The position numbers and the translations under genes were made by a program. A stretch of DNA of 64,000 bases from Octopus vulgaris (taxonomy: Eukaryota). Each line of letters starts with the position of its first letter. Positions within the stretch are counted from its first letter, which is position 1. The notes beneath the pieces are model-generated. The model was not told the DNA's origin. It was given only the letters and a program-made list of their open reading frames with translations, and made no database searches. Positions 1-13,495 of this stretch are shown here, piece by piece. Location: the NCBI GenBank assembly GCA_951406725.2, contig OX597814.1:55118001-55182000 (forward strand). Direction: 5' to 3'.

Positions 1-431
1 AACTATGGTTATGGTGGAGGGAGAAGACACTTGCCCAAGATATGTCGTGCAATCGAATTTGGGAACATACTGTTGCAGTGTGAATTTCTTATCCTTGTAG
101 CTCTATACATAAACATATCAAAGGCAATATTCAATAATATTCTTTTAAACAACCGAGTTATATTACTGTCATTCCTTTAGCACAGCTGCTAGTTATAAAG
201 TTAAAATGTCACCTAAATTATTACAAAATATCTTTTCATGGCACTTTAACAAATTTTGATAGCTGGAGGTAGATATCTTTAGTTGATTTTATTCTTCCAC
301 GCTGTAAGTTAGCAGAAACATTGAAGAGTTAGACAAAATGCCTCGTGACCTGACGAAAGTCATCGATACTATCTCATACCCGCTCGTCATTGTAAGCAGG
401 AGAAGGCTTGGCTTTCATGATTAATCAATGT

Positions 432-600
432 TGTAAAGGATCACTATAATAGGTATGCAATAAAAATTCCTGGTACGAAGGGAAACAAGTAAACCCATTA
501 AAATCAAACGTGGTGTCCGAGTTGCGCTCTCACCTCTAATCTTTAATGTAGTTTCAAATCCCATTATGGCTGCCTTACATGTTTTTCTACATGTATATGT
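432..600 (+). mobile_element. Non-LTR retrotransposon RT fragment (169 bp), duplicated at 1607-1775
   Basis: The + strand reads ETSKPIKIKRGVR...LSPLIFNVVSNPIMAAL (with a frameshift), resembling the RT motif RGVRQG.PLSP.LFN. A near-identical copy lies at 1607-1775. Confidence 0.6.
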
Positions 601-659
601 GTGTAACACCTATAAGTAATGAAACACGTAATGTGGAATAAATAATATTAAAATTTGCG

Positions 660-890
660 GAAAGGACTGTTTTAACGAAGTCACACGTCTTGTCCCTACC
701 TTCGAAAAGCGGAGTAGATAAAACAGGGGACAACTGATGAATAGAATGTTCTTCATGTTACCTGTCTCGTTTTTCTATTTGTTTCTTTCGTTCTTCGAAA
801 AAAATTCGTTTTCCATGCTTTTGTTTTTTTTGTCCTCGTTTCTCATTTTGTTCATGTTTTTTATGTCCTATAATGCATGTATATATACAT
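660..890. repeat. Unclassified interspersed repeat, related to 42400-42600
   Basis: gagtagataaaacaggggacaactgatgaatagaatgttcttcatgttacctgtc resembles gagtagatagacagccgacaactggtgaagggtcgttctctgtgttacttgtcc near 42457. Both copies end in a TA-rich microsatellite. Confidence 0.45.
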
Positions 891-1058
891 ATATATGTAG
901 GCACGTACATGTATGTGCGTATATATGTATAGATATATATTATATAAAAGGGCTTAGTAAAATAAATTACCCTCAATTGTTGAAATGTATAGATATATAT
1001 ATATTATTTATGTTATTATATATATGCATATATGTATATATATATATGTGTGTGTATG

Positions 1059-1089
<31 letters not shown>

Positions 1090-1147
1090 ATACCTATGTA
1101 TATATATGTATGTATATATATATATATGTACATACATATATACATAC

Positions 1148-1184
<37 letters not shown>

Positions 1185-1507
1185 GCAGCCATAATATAAG
1201 GGTCAGTAAGAATAAGTGTAATTGAAATAGTTATTATAGAAGATTAACAACCGTTGAGACTAGTTATTTTACGCATATTTAGATATATCTAATATCTATC
1301 ATTCGTGAAAGTTTCAAGTGAAGGGAATAAATATTTCGTAAGTTATGAGGAAATAAACAAACAACCTTCTAAATTGCAATGGCTAAATGTTTAGGATCAC
1401 TCACAATAAATGAACTACTAACCGAGGTACTTGTTGTTTAGAAGACTGTTAATTGGCTAACAGTTACTTCTTATGATCTTACATTATTAGAACATTCAGC
1501 TGTCAAC

Positions 1508-2860
1508 ATGACGGCTTCTGAGAGACGACTGGGGTCGCGTGAAGAAAAAAAAAAGGATTTTATGCCTTCACCAAGAGGGCAAGGCAAATTCTGTGATAGT
1601 AACTACTGTAAAGGATCACTATAATAGGTATGCAATAAAAATTCCTGTTACGAAGGGAAACAAGTAAATACATTAAAATCAAACGTGGTGTCCGAGTTGC
1701 GCTCTCACCTCTAATCTTTAATGTAGTTTCAAATCCCATTATGGCTGCCTTACATGTTTTTCTACATGTATATGTCATCAGGATCGAGAGACGCTAAATC
1801 CAAAACTGGTAGACCTCGTAAAACCTCATCAACACAGGATCGTATTATGGTTAGAATGTCACTGAAGGATAGGTTTAACAGTGTTACTGAGATATCCTGC
1901 GAGTTTAGCTCCACTTCCGATGTCAACGTATCACGCAAAACAGTTTCTCGGAGGTTATGAGATTCTGAATTGCTTGCTCGGGCACTGGCAAAGAAACATC
2001 TGATCTCCAAGAGGTATCAAAGGACCTGTCTTCGTTTCGCTCACAACCATATTCTTCGGACAAGAACGATGGTCGCAGGTTCATTTTAGCGATGAATCGA
2101 AGTTTAATGTGATTGATTCCGATGGCGGGATATACGTCTGAGGAAGAAGTGGCGAAAGGTTATCTCGTTTATGTGTGAAGGAGACAGTGAAATATGGAGG
2201 AGGCAGTATAATGGTATGGGTGGGGGTGATCTCTGCTACTGGTCGTGGTCCACTTATTCGCCTACAAGGGACTGTCAATGCTGAAATCTAGAAGCAGATT
2301 CTTAGACAGCATGCCCTTCTACATCTCCGATCCTTATCAGTTCAACTTCCTATCTTCGTGCAGGACAACGCTCCCTGTCACACTGCGAATAGTGTCAAAG
2401 ATTTTTTGAGTAATGAAGGAGTTGATCTCATGGACTGGCCACCTCAAGTCCCGATCTCAACTCTATAGAAAACGTTTGGGAAATTTTTATTGATGGGACG
2501 CGGAAAAATCCAAAGAACCAAAATGAACTCTGGGAATTATTAAAAAACGAATGGAACAAGGTCCGAATTTTGGAGGGAGGGGTTCAGTCGATTAGATCGA
2601 CCCAAGTACACAACTGGTACTTAATTTATTGACATCGAAAGGATAAGAGGCGAAGTCGACCTCGGCGGAATTTGAACTCACAACGTAACGGCAGATGAAA
2701 TACCGCTAAGAATTTCGCCCGACATGATAACTTTCCTGCCAGTTCACCGCCTTACGAATGGAACAATATTGCTACATCATTTTGAAAGAAATTAATTCAA
2801 TCCTGTGGGAACATATGTCAGGTGTTCATTGATAGTAAAGGGATGTTCTCAAAATAGTAA
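1508..2860 (+). pseudogene. Tc1 transposase pseudogene (stops, frameshifts, two insertions)
   Basis: Motifs in order: GRPRKTS, VSRKTVSRRL, FSDESKFN, TVKYGGGSIMVW, FVQDNAPCHTA, DWPPQ/PDLNSIENVW. Confidence 0.92.
2560..2753 (-). mobile_element. tRNA-derived SINE family A nested in the Tc1 transposase
   Basis: Matches the family-A pattern (ggcggcgagctggcag...ccgccgaggtcgacttt...gtcgataaattaagtaccag). 13-bp TSD acgaatggaacaa at 2547-2559 and 2754-2766. Confidence 0.9.
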
Positions 2861-3130
2861 TAGTAAGGGTTTCTTTTTTATTCTTGTTCCATTTTTCAAT
2901 GTTTGATAAGTGACCCTTAACATTTGGCTGCTGCAGTTTGGAAGATTATTTGTTTATTTCCTCATAACTTACGAAATATCTATTCCATTCACTTGAAATT
3001 TTCACGGAAAATAGAGATCAGACATATCTAAATATGTGTAAAATATCTAGTTTCAACATTCTATTAATCTTCTATAATAAATATTTCAATACACTTATTC
3101 TTACTGCCCCTTATATTATGGCCGCTACTA

Positions 3131-3192
3131 TATATGTATATACATACATACATACATACATACATACATACATACATACATACATACATACA

Positions 3193-3226
<34 letters not shown>

Positions 3227-3250
3227 CATACATACATACACGCGCGCACG

Positions 3251-3340
<90 letters not shown>
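3131..3340. repeat. Compound microsatellite (TACA)n(CA)n(TA)n
   Basis: Directly visible. Confidence 0.95.
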
Positions 3341-3343
<3 letters not shown>

Positions 3344-3447
3344 CAAATAAAGATAATAAACCTCGTTAAGGGATCCTAAATCCAGTGAAAATATTGGTTA
3401 GTTACCAGCAAAAGATTTTTCCAATTTTCTCATACAGACATATATAT

Positions 3448-3665
3448 ATTCTTTACTCCTTTATTCTTTTACTTGTTTCAGTTATTTGACTACGGCAATG
3501 CTGGAGCTCCACCTTTATTCGAAGAAATCGACTCCAGGATTTATTTTTGTAAGCTTAGTACTTATTCTATCAGTCCCATTTGCCCAATCGCTAAGTTTTG
3601 GGGTCGTAAATACACAAACACTGGTTGTCAAGCGATGGCGGAAACAAACACACGCAAACACAAAT
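3448..3665 (-). mobile_element. SINE family B, 3' half
   Basis: cttttacttgtttcagt...gctggagc...aaatcgac...cttattctatc...gctaagtt matches the full copy at 46492-46938. Confidence 0.8.
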
Positions 3666-3725
3666 ATATATATATATATCAACTATAAGGTAACCATATA
3701 AACCGTGGTTCATGATTTATGTATT

Positions 3726-4586
3726 TAAAGAATAAGAAGAAAATGGTGAGGTAATTAATAAAATTATTTATTAATTATAAAATATAACATCTCTGACAGC
3801 TGTTTCGATTCAGAAATCTTTAGATAATTAATTTATAAAATTAAAATTATTCTAAAATGAATCTCTTCAGCGGTAGTAAAGATATACCGATTAGAAATAC
3901 AACCGTTAACTGATAGCATATATACAAAAAGAACCGGTTATAGAAGGCTTCAATCTAACATAGGAGAAGAGAGTATATATTATATGTCTTAAAGAAAGAA
4001 AAGAAAAGATTAATAAAATATCATAGGGTATTGAGAAGGAGAAAAAGAAAAAGAAAAAGGGAAGCAGAAAACGCATGTAATTATAAATATATAATGATAA
4101 TGCCACAATCCAACATAGGGGAAGCAGGTAGTGTATATTTTGTGTCTTAAATAAAGAAAATAAGAGATTAATATAATATTATTATTAAAGGGTATTGAGG
4201 AGAAAAAGAAAAAGGAAGCAGAAAAATGCATGTATATATAAAAATATATAATGCCATACATTATCATAATTATCTATACTTATGCCATACAAAAACTTAA
4301 AGTTATAAAATTTAAGTCAAGTAGAAGCAAATAAGTGGCGAAATATGTATTAACCGAAATTATCAGAACGGGATATATGCTATCAGTTAACGGTTTTATA
4401 GCCGTTATCTCAACATGTATTTCTAATCGGTATATCTTTACTACCTCTGAAGAGATTCATCTTATAATGATTTTAATTTTATAATTTAATTATCAAAAGA
4501 TTTCTATATATAAACAGCTGTCAGAGATGTCATATTTTATAATTGATAAATAATTTTATTAGTTACCTCTCTATTTTCTCCTTATC

Positions 4587-4591
<5 letters not shown>
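3726..4591. mobile_element. Inverted-dimer (fold-back) non-coding element with hammerhead-like motifs; putative PLE-derived
   Basis: Arms at about 3726-3924 and 4373-4591 are diverged reverse complements. The interior holds a ~150-bp diverged tandem duplication (about 3952-4105 and 4106-4256). The right end abuts (TA)n. Confidence 0.75.
3788..3876 (-). ncRNA. Type I minimal hammerhead ribozyme motif
   Basis: Minus strand: CUGAAGA-gauuca...(long loop)...ugaauc-GAAA-cagcug-UC. Stem III is palindromic (acagcugu) and stem I is weak. The mirror copy at 4441-4529 (+) has GAAA mutated to UAAA. Confidence 0.6.
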
Positions 4592-4678
<87 letters not shown>

Positions 4679-4721
4679 GAAGAAGAAGAAGAAGAAGAAG
4701 AAGAAGAAGAAGAAGAAGAAG

Positions 4722-4750
<29 letters not shown>
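4591..4750. repeat. Compound microsatellite (TA)n(AAT)n(AAG)n
   Basis: Directly visible. Confidence 0.95.
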
Positions 4751-4752
<2 letters not shown>

Positions 4753-7700
4753 GCATGTGCCCTTTGAAGGTAATACATATGTTGCTGTGTATCACACGTA
4801 ACAACTGTTGAACAATTGAATAACGCTATCGAATATTCTCATGAAGGTATGCATTTTAAGGGAGATTCTGATTGATTATCCTTTTACGGTCCTCGAAAAG
4901 TTGAAATCAAAAGTTGATGATGGTGAATTCAGAACGTTAAAGAGTAAATTCTACCGTGTAATATGTCCAGCATTGTATTTGTTCTGCTATTCTATATACA
5001 CATCCTTTGTATAAATGAAAGATATTTTAAGATATTTTTTAAGTGCTGTAGTGTAAGAGGCGATCGGTTTATGGCCAATCAAAGCTGTAACAGGGTTTCA
5101 ATTTTTAGTTGAAACCATTTTAAATCATTTGCTCTGCTAATGCCTTTCGGGAAAACATGAGCGACACGCTTCATATTTTACTCTCCTCAAAATAGCACGA
5201 TCAATTGGCTAATAACTATTTTGTTCTTGTTTCTTTTTTTATGGTGTCTCATGTTCAGACTAAATCTGAAAGATGAAGCACATATCTCCCCACGCTAGAA
5301 ATTGATGTAAATAAATAAAGTGAGATGGCTCAATATAAAATCGAATCTGACGCACAGGCTTGTCGCCAAAAGATTACAGCTCTAATATGCAAATATTGAC
5401 TTCCCTTCACCAAGCATATAAAACCTCTATAGTTTATAGGAGTAAAGGAGATGGAATTAGCAGTGTGACGTTTATGCAGTTTTAAAAATAGATGCATTAG
5501 GGAACTGCACTGAAACACCTTAAATGAAGGAGAGAAACCACCTCGTGATCTCGTTTATTGTGCTATATAATGACCGAGAGGAAAATTCGCAGAAACGTCT
5601 ATTGCAAAGAAACTTAATAGTAAAGTGGGTATTTTTAATTAATTAAAATTACATGATACTTTAATCATTATCTGAATGACTGATTCTGGTGGATAAATTG
5701 CAGGGGAGGCCATCCCAACATTTCACTTTATCAAATATAAATAAGTAACAGATGGAGAGTAACACTATAGTATACTACTTTTCCTACGGTGATTACTGAT
5801 TTGTGTCACATGTTTCAGCTTGGAGACTGTCGTGATAGTTTGCCAAAAGACCTAAACGGTGCAGACAAAAATACTGGATGGCCTTATTATTAAAAACGAA
5901 TCTACAATAATCTGTTATAATAACTGCTAAGATAAAATACTCCAATGAGCAATCTACATACTCAATCCAAATGTGTTTTTTTAAGAATATAGATAATGCC
6001 GACTGAAGTGGGTTTGGTCTTTAAAGCCAGCTTGTGCAAGCACAGAACAGACTTCATATATCATGTAAGGGGTAAAATCGTTGTACGATAAATATATAAA
6101 GCAAAATGGATCTATCGAAAAGCGAATCTGAATCACAGGTTTATTACAAAAATATTGCCATTACTTTAACGCGCAAACATTGTGATCTCTTGGCCGGATA
6201 TATAAAAACTCTACAGTAAGAAAAACTTATGAAGTATGAAGTTTATCGTCTTTATTTATTTATTTATTTATTTATCTATTTATTTATTTATTTATTTGAC
6301 CATTTTTACTCTGATTGCTATAACTGCAGAATATAACATCAAATCTTAATAATAAAGGAATGTACTCTACAACTTGAAATTTATGTCACTCATCAGTAAA
6401 AAAATAAATACACGACGTTAAGCTCACTGTAAGCCAGTTCTGTGGCCTTCTTTCAAGTTATGGTTATAGATATTTTACTTCTCTCATACTGTGAACACCA
6501 TGGAGATTATAATAAACAACACAACGCTCCATTTTCTTTCCTCTTATTAATAGATGACTTCGTTCCTATTCAAAAGAAATCATTATGTTACTACAACAGA
6601 AACCAGGAGAGATGAGGGAGAGAGAGAGAGGGGGGAGAGAGGGTGAGAGAGAGAGATTAAGAAATATGCTTTAAAACATCATATGGTAGTTAAGATACAT
6701 TTAAAATTAAAATATGTGGAAGTGACTCTGTTTTCACTGCATAAACACATCTGGATGTTTTCCGTTTACTGATTTGGAAATTTCTATCCATCATCTTATC
6801 TAATGAGTTATGTGAGATTTAAAGTATGTCGTAAACTGATTACAAGTTTCAAAGGCATATGGAATATTCTCCTATAAACCTCAACACTTCTATAAGGCGC
6901 CACGAGAACGGCGAATTAAAAACTCAGCACATATTATCAAAGTAGTACATTTGGGTTAACGTTAATGTTAATACAGGATATCAATTGTCAAACATACAAT
7001 GAATCACTGTTACTTAAAGTTTTATGGATATTGAAGAAAACCCAATTAAAACAATTTCATCATATTTAATGTAACTCTATGGGATATGATTTTAATGAAA
7101 TTGTAAAGTCCAGTTTAAATAATCTTATTCATGTCACTTGTGTGCAATGAAACTAAACGTCTATACTACGGAGTATTGTTTTCATCAATATTAATGACTA
7201 ACTTGAATTCAAGGACTCGTTGTCAAAAGTTATATTTACAACTTTTGACAACGAATGATATAAAGTCGGGAGCCTTTGAAACTTTTCACTTTGTCAGTAA
7301 AAATATTTCGGTATTTCTTTTTTATCAAATAATTTATTAAACAGCTGTAACTTTTATACCATTCCACGTTTTCCTGTTAAGTTAATTCGTTTTCAGCTTG
7401 TCAGCAAGGCAGACAAGTAATGGTTAATAAAGCCAACGTTTACATGTATATAAAAAAAATAACTGGAAGAAACTTTCTGACGTGTATCATCTGTTGCTTT
7501 TCTAAGACCAATTTTAACTCTTTTTTACAAAATATTTTTCTAGAAACAAACAACGCAACAACCAGTATTTCTTATAAATATCCTACACTTGCCAATAAAA
7601 ATAATCCTTTTAAGAAAAGCAGTTATTTTTTGGTTTTCTAAGCAAAACTTAAATTCTTTGTTTTATGTCCAACTTCTAAATTTATGTATCTTTCTTACAC

Positions 7701-8979
7701 AAAAGCAAAGTATTTTCTGAGTGTTTATATTTTTTTCTGTTCTTGTTTTAATTTCAGAATATCTGAAATAATATAACTGAATGAGTTAGTTATATGTAAG
7801 TTATATGTTTAAGATGCATACCGTTCTAATTCTTCTTTCCTTCTTGTATGAACCCTCTGACAGAACTTAATTGTACGGTTTCCTTTGGGAAGCGAACGAT
7901 TGAAAACAGTGCTAGGAATTCTTTCAAAACTAGAATTGATGTCAACATGAAAGAAAGGATGTAAAGTAAGAGTATGTACACCACGCTAAAACTCTCCTTC
8001 TAATATATACTTACTATAAAAGTATGTGCTAAAATATGTCAGCGACCAAGCTGAAAGAATTTCTAATTTCTAGACGTGTTTACAAACAACAGTTTCAATG
8101 AAATGCGCTATTTGAAAGATTTTGGTTGTCGATTCGTAAAACAGGTTTCTCCAGCCAAACTGGCTCTAAAAATCAACAAACGACAATTGATTAGATGTTA
8201 TGTTAGTTATTCACGTAATTAATTAGAATAAAAGAACTTGTTAACTAAAAGATCGAATGATCACAGCCAAACATAAACTACTATTTCTGTTGAGAGAAAT
8301 CCCATTTTATACTCCCTTTCTCTCAGGAAAAATAACTCTCCTTTTATATCGGTAAATTAATATGTATATTAATTTCCTACACGGTGGAGGATGAATGTGG
8401 TTTAGTTATATTTATGCCTTTTTCTTAGCCACAGGTGACGTTAATGAAATGAATTGACGACAATCAGAAATCTAGATTGTTCTGCTCCAGAATTTCAGTT
8501 TCTAATAAAAGTGTTGAGTCTTTTATAACTTCCCATTAGTGAATTGAATTAGCTTCGATTGAGAATCAGAGTATTTATTCTGCGGGATTACCAATATCAG
8601 ACAGTCACATGATGCTTGAGCCAATGAAGCAAGCTCTTCATAGTTGCCCAACCTGGTAGAAATAACGGTCAAATCTCTCTCAAATCACAATGTATCGGAT
8701 TAAGAAGGCAATCTCTTTCTAATAATAACCGGTATAAATATTGGTTGGCTGGCTGGCAGGCTGGTTGGTTGGTTGGTTGGTTGATTTCTCAAGTCACGCT
8801 TTACATCGTATAGGGAAGAGGGGAAGAGAAAGTTTTAAAAAATACCGAGAGAAAGAGCGAGTTAACATAAGGGATGCAGGATGAGTACTATATTAGGCTT
8901 GGTGGCAGGCAATAAGTAAATGACAGTTTCTCTCTCACACACACATACAGTGAGGAGAAGTATATATATATACAAACGA

Positions 8980-9051
<72 letters not shown>

Positions 9052-9639
9052 GCGCGTTCGTTTGTACACACACACACACAGAAGTTTAGAGAGAGTATGG
9101 GGGGTGAATGTGTGAATTTTGATAATATAAATTCAATACTGAGATTGTCAAAACTCGCCAGATTTAAATCCCCAGGACTACTACGTTTGGAGCTTTATTG
9201 CAGATAACTGCTTCAATGCCGAGTCGGAATTGCTGACATGCCAGCACTAAATGGTTCTCATTCTTTTCGAACATGAACAGTCGTGGCCTTTAGTGGTACT
9301 ATGGGGATGTTGATTACTCTCCTTTGCAACAAAGCTCCAAAGGTAGTATGGCATTGAAGCAGTTATCTGCTTCATTGAAGGAATTATTTGTTTCAATGCC
9401 AAGCTGGTATTGAAGACGGGTTCATAGACTAATCTTATAAGAAGACACATCAGTAACGTGCACAAATCTTTATTAAAATTCATTTTGCTTTTGCTACATT
9501 AGAGTTGTTTTCTTAAATTACCACTTTTTGCATCCTGTATATATTTATACATGTGTATATTAATATTTACAACTGTATACACACACACACACGCATATAT
9601 ATATATATATATAGAGATATATATATATATATATATATA

Positions 9640-10065
9640 TCAGGTCATCTCATAAGTTCTGTCCGATTTTACCTTCTTTAAAATTGAATGAAATTCAATA
9701 GTATTTTGGACTGTCTAATGGAATTAAAAATTATGTTTATGCCTTTGTGTACATTTAAACTAATTAAATATTATTTTACAGAATAATAGAATTAAAATCA
9801 GACTACCATTTGTTTCGTAGTTTACAGAATCATTTGGGGGACATAACATTCGCAAGCCAGGAGAAGGTCGAAACTGACATTTCAGAGTTCTTCGCTTTGA
9901 AACGAAAAGAGTTTTACATTGATGGGATTAAAAAGCTTATAAGTAGATGGAAGGAAGACATAGATAATCAGGGAAAGTACATTGATGATTAAATTTCAAT
10001 TAAATATAACATTTGATCACTTGTTTTCTTTATTCAAAATTCGGTCACTTAATTATGGGATGACT

Positions 10066-10068
<3 letters not shown>
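9640..10068 (+). mobile_element. Mariner internal-deletion derivative
   Basis: TIRs tcaggtcatctcataag / aattatgggatgacttga with TA flanks. Transposase C-terminus SDYHLFRSLQNHL...GIKKLISRWKEDIDNQGKYIDD* (about 9798-9992). Confidence 0.9.
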
Positions 10069-10110
<42 letters not shown>

Positions 10111-10133
10111 TGCACACACACATCTTTACATTT

Positions 10134-10212
<79 letters not shown>

Positions 10213-10590
10213 TGTACATGTATGTGTGTGTGTGTGTGAGAGAGAGAGAGTTTCAGTTAAGTCCTGGATATATGTCAATGTTCTTGAAGAAACTTTCCAT
10301 AAAATCGTTTGGTTGGGTGCCGATTAGAGAACATTATTATTTTTCGTTCTATATTCCTGGTTATAGCATGTTAACAGAAGAAGAAGAAGAAGAAGAAGAA
10401 GAAGAAGAAGAAGAAGAAGAAGAAGAAGAAGAAGAAGAAGAAGAAGAAGAAAATGAAGATGGCTGAAGAGTAGGATGAGGAGAAGGGGAGAGGACAAGGA
10501 GAGGAAAGGGGAGGGATATGAGGAGGAGGAGGAGGAGGAGGAGGAGGTGGTGGTGTTGGGTGGGTGGGGAGAAGGAGAGAAGAAGAAGAA
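10069..10590. repeat. Microsatellite/low-complexity cluster (TA, CA, GAA, GAG)
   Basis: Directly visible; source of the poly-E and poly-S ORFs. Confidence 0.9.
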
Positions 10591-12418
10591 ATATCAAGAG
10601 GCTATTGTCAAACATCATAGCAGACCATTTTTCTGTAAAGATGTCGTGAAGACAGCGAAGCTGGCAGAAGCAGAATGGCGTCTCGCTATAAATTGTCTGG
10701 CCGTACTTAATTTTTACCTTACATATTCAAAGTTCAATTCCGCCAGGAGTCCACAAAATAAGCAAATGAAACAAGATTTATTTCTCTTGGGTCGATATAA
10801 TAAGTACTAGTAATATAACAGTATCAAACTCCTCTGGGGACGACAGAATAAACACAGTAATATTTAGTTTTCTCTGTATTTTTTACTGGCAAAAATGTGA
10901 TCTATTGCTCAGATTTATTTTTAGCAAAGAAAGGGGCAATGTCCATGATCATCGCTCGCCCTTTGAAAATTAGCTTGCTTGATATGGTTTGTGTTCAGCC
11001 TAAACATTACATCATAGATGTGTACAGGAAAATTCTTGGCTTGGGAAGGGATTCAAGAGAGTGCACTTTCTGGAAAGAAGGATTAGAGAAAAAAAACTCA
11101 TTCATACGAGACCTCGGCAATAAGTTAATAGTAAGAGTTTCGAGATAGGGAAGAGAACGAGAATGATGGAGGGTAGTAAGTAGACATGACAAGCAATTAA
11201 ATAATTCGTAGACAGTTTAGGCAGGGAGAGGAGACAGTATATCTGGAGACTGGGGCTGTAGTATATGAATATTTCAAAGAGCTGAATATATGTTGTAGTA
11301 TACTTGTACACTGGTAAGAATAAATGTGGAAAATTGTTTGAGTAGTGGTTAGAGCGTTTGTGAGAATACCTTACAATAATCACTATGGCTCCGTACAATC
11401 CAAGTTCAAATCTCACCGACATCAACTTTCACTCTTTCTGGTGAATAAGGTACCAATCCAAGGTGGTTGAATTCTAAAAGTATCGGACGAGATTTCTTGC
11501 TGTATCTGTTCGGGCTCTTTCCGTTCTGAGTTCGAACTTTACCTCATAACATTGTCTTCCTCGTGGAAAGAAACAGGTTTTTCAGGATTAGGTTAATGGG
11601 GATATTCCTCCTATGTACCCAATCAATTTTCTGCTTTTATTCCCGCTAGTATATACTATAAAATATATATAGCTCTCTTTGAAATATTCGTACACTACAA
11701 CCACAGTTCCCAGAAGCGCCGTTTCCTCTCTCTACTAAAACGGTCTCTATTCGTTGGAACTAGCTAGTTGCTTGTTATTTTCACTTATCTCCCTCCATCA
11801 CCCTCGTCTCTCCCCGACATGTCTCGCCTCCTATGTCAAGTGGAGCAATATCCTGGCCTCATCAATAGGCATAAATCCAAAATACAGACCAAGCACGAAG
11901 CAGTAAAATGTTGTGGAACAGTTATATTTCCCATAGGCTCTAAGTTCGAGTTCCACCGAGGCCTTTTACATTTTATCACCCAGGTATCAATACAAGTACC
12001 ATTCAAATACCCGAGATTGAGTTAATCGAATACATTTCCTAAAAAGTTTGCAATTCAGTGTTTCCTTTTACTGAATTACACTTCACAAACGCCCCTCCCT
12101 ATATTCGTAAAAAGAAAAAATTGACAGATTTTAATCAAAACAGAGGTTGGTTTACCGCAATGATTTATTATCCATATTTTCTTATATTATCTCATCCAGC
12201 ATGTACCTTTTTTATATTTTAGATGTTTTCTGAGGTTTGTGCTCCCTTATTTTGAATTTGTATGGAAAACAGTAAGAGAAGCGAGGACTTATATATAATG
12301 AAATTACATTGGATCATTTTTATGCTCACTGATAACACAATGCCCTATTCATATTGTAATCCTGACACAGATTTTTTTTAAATTTGATTAAAATACCAGT
12401 TTTGTACCTAGTATAATA

Positions 12419-12651
12419 CAGGTTGAGTCAAAAGTAGCTCCAAGTTTTCATTTTAGGGTTGATATGTATGACTTCCCAGTTGAGAGATGCTTTGGATTCT
12501 TAACCCTTGTTCTACTGGTTGGGATATCAAAGAATATTACCAACATGATACATGAGCCAGATTCAATAACTTTCAAAATTATCAATAAGAACCTGCAAAG
12601 CAACAAAGGTATGGCTTCCCAGAAACTGGGCTCTACTTTTGACTCACCTTG
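12419..12651. mobile_element. Tc1/mariner-type MITE
   Basis: TIRs caggttgagtcaaaagtag / ctacttttgactcaccttg, flanked by TA on both sides. Confidence 0.8.
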
Positions 12652-13029
12652 TATTTTATTTCTAAGAAAAATTTTGAACTTTTAAATACCTAGCGCCTTG
12701 TGAACTCACAACGCCTCTATCAACCAGATTAGCAAACACTAATGTAAAATTCTACCGATTTCAGAAACCAATTTTTTTTATAGATGTAACCAGTAATGCT
12801 ACTGCTGTGAAATCCATTTGCTTTTATTCGCACTGAACAACAAAATTTTTACATATTTTATTACCTCATCTTTTGTAGTATTGAAAGATATACATTCTTG
12901 ACTATTTGGCCTCTCATACAGAGGGCTCGCATCTTCATATAACATTTCGGGAGTGGGGGAGACCCCTAAGAAAATATTGTTTGTCATATGTGAAACATGA
13001 TAGGTCATAGTAGGCGTTTACATACAAAT

Positions 13030-13224
13030 AAACACATACACAGTCAGGCACACACAACATGTACAATGCACACACACATACACCCATGCACACACTCACA
13101 CCTATGTACACACAAAAATACACAAATATATGTGTGTGTGTATACACACAAACATACAATACACAAATATATGTGTGTGTGTATACACACAAGCATACAA
13201 TACACAAATATGTATGTATGTATG

Positions 13225-13258
<34 letters not shown>

Positions 13259-13495
13259 TGTATGTATGTATGTATGTATGCATGTATGTATGTATGTATG
13301 TATGCAAGTGTATTTATGTATATATATATATATATATAAACATTTCAAAACATATAGATATATACATATACATACACACATGTCTATATATATATCACAC
13401 ACACACACAGATTTCATGTTGCTCTGGTTCACACATATATGTATGTATGTGAGCGCGCACGCGTACGTGTGTGTACGTGTGTTGTGCGCGCGCAC
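13030..13495. repeat. Compound CA/TG/TATG microsatellite with an internal ~40-bp duplication
   Basis: Directly visible. Confidence 0.9.

Larger units (their letters stand above)
1181..3130 (+). mobile_element. Full-length decayed Tc1-family (IR/DR, DD34E-type) DNA transposon
   Basis: Long imperfect TIRs of ~230 bp (about 1181-1412 and 2908-3130; tagcagccataatataagggtcagtaagaataagtg vs cacttattcttactgccccttatattatggccgcta), set in TA microsatellites, with an internal transposase remnant. Confidence 0.92.
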
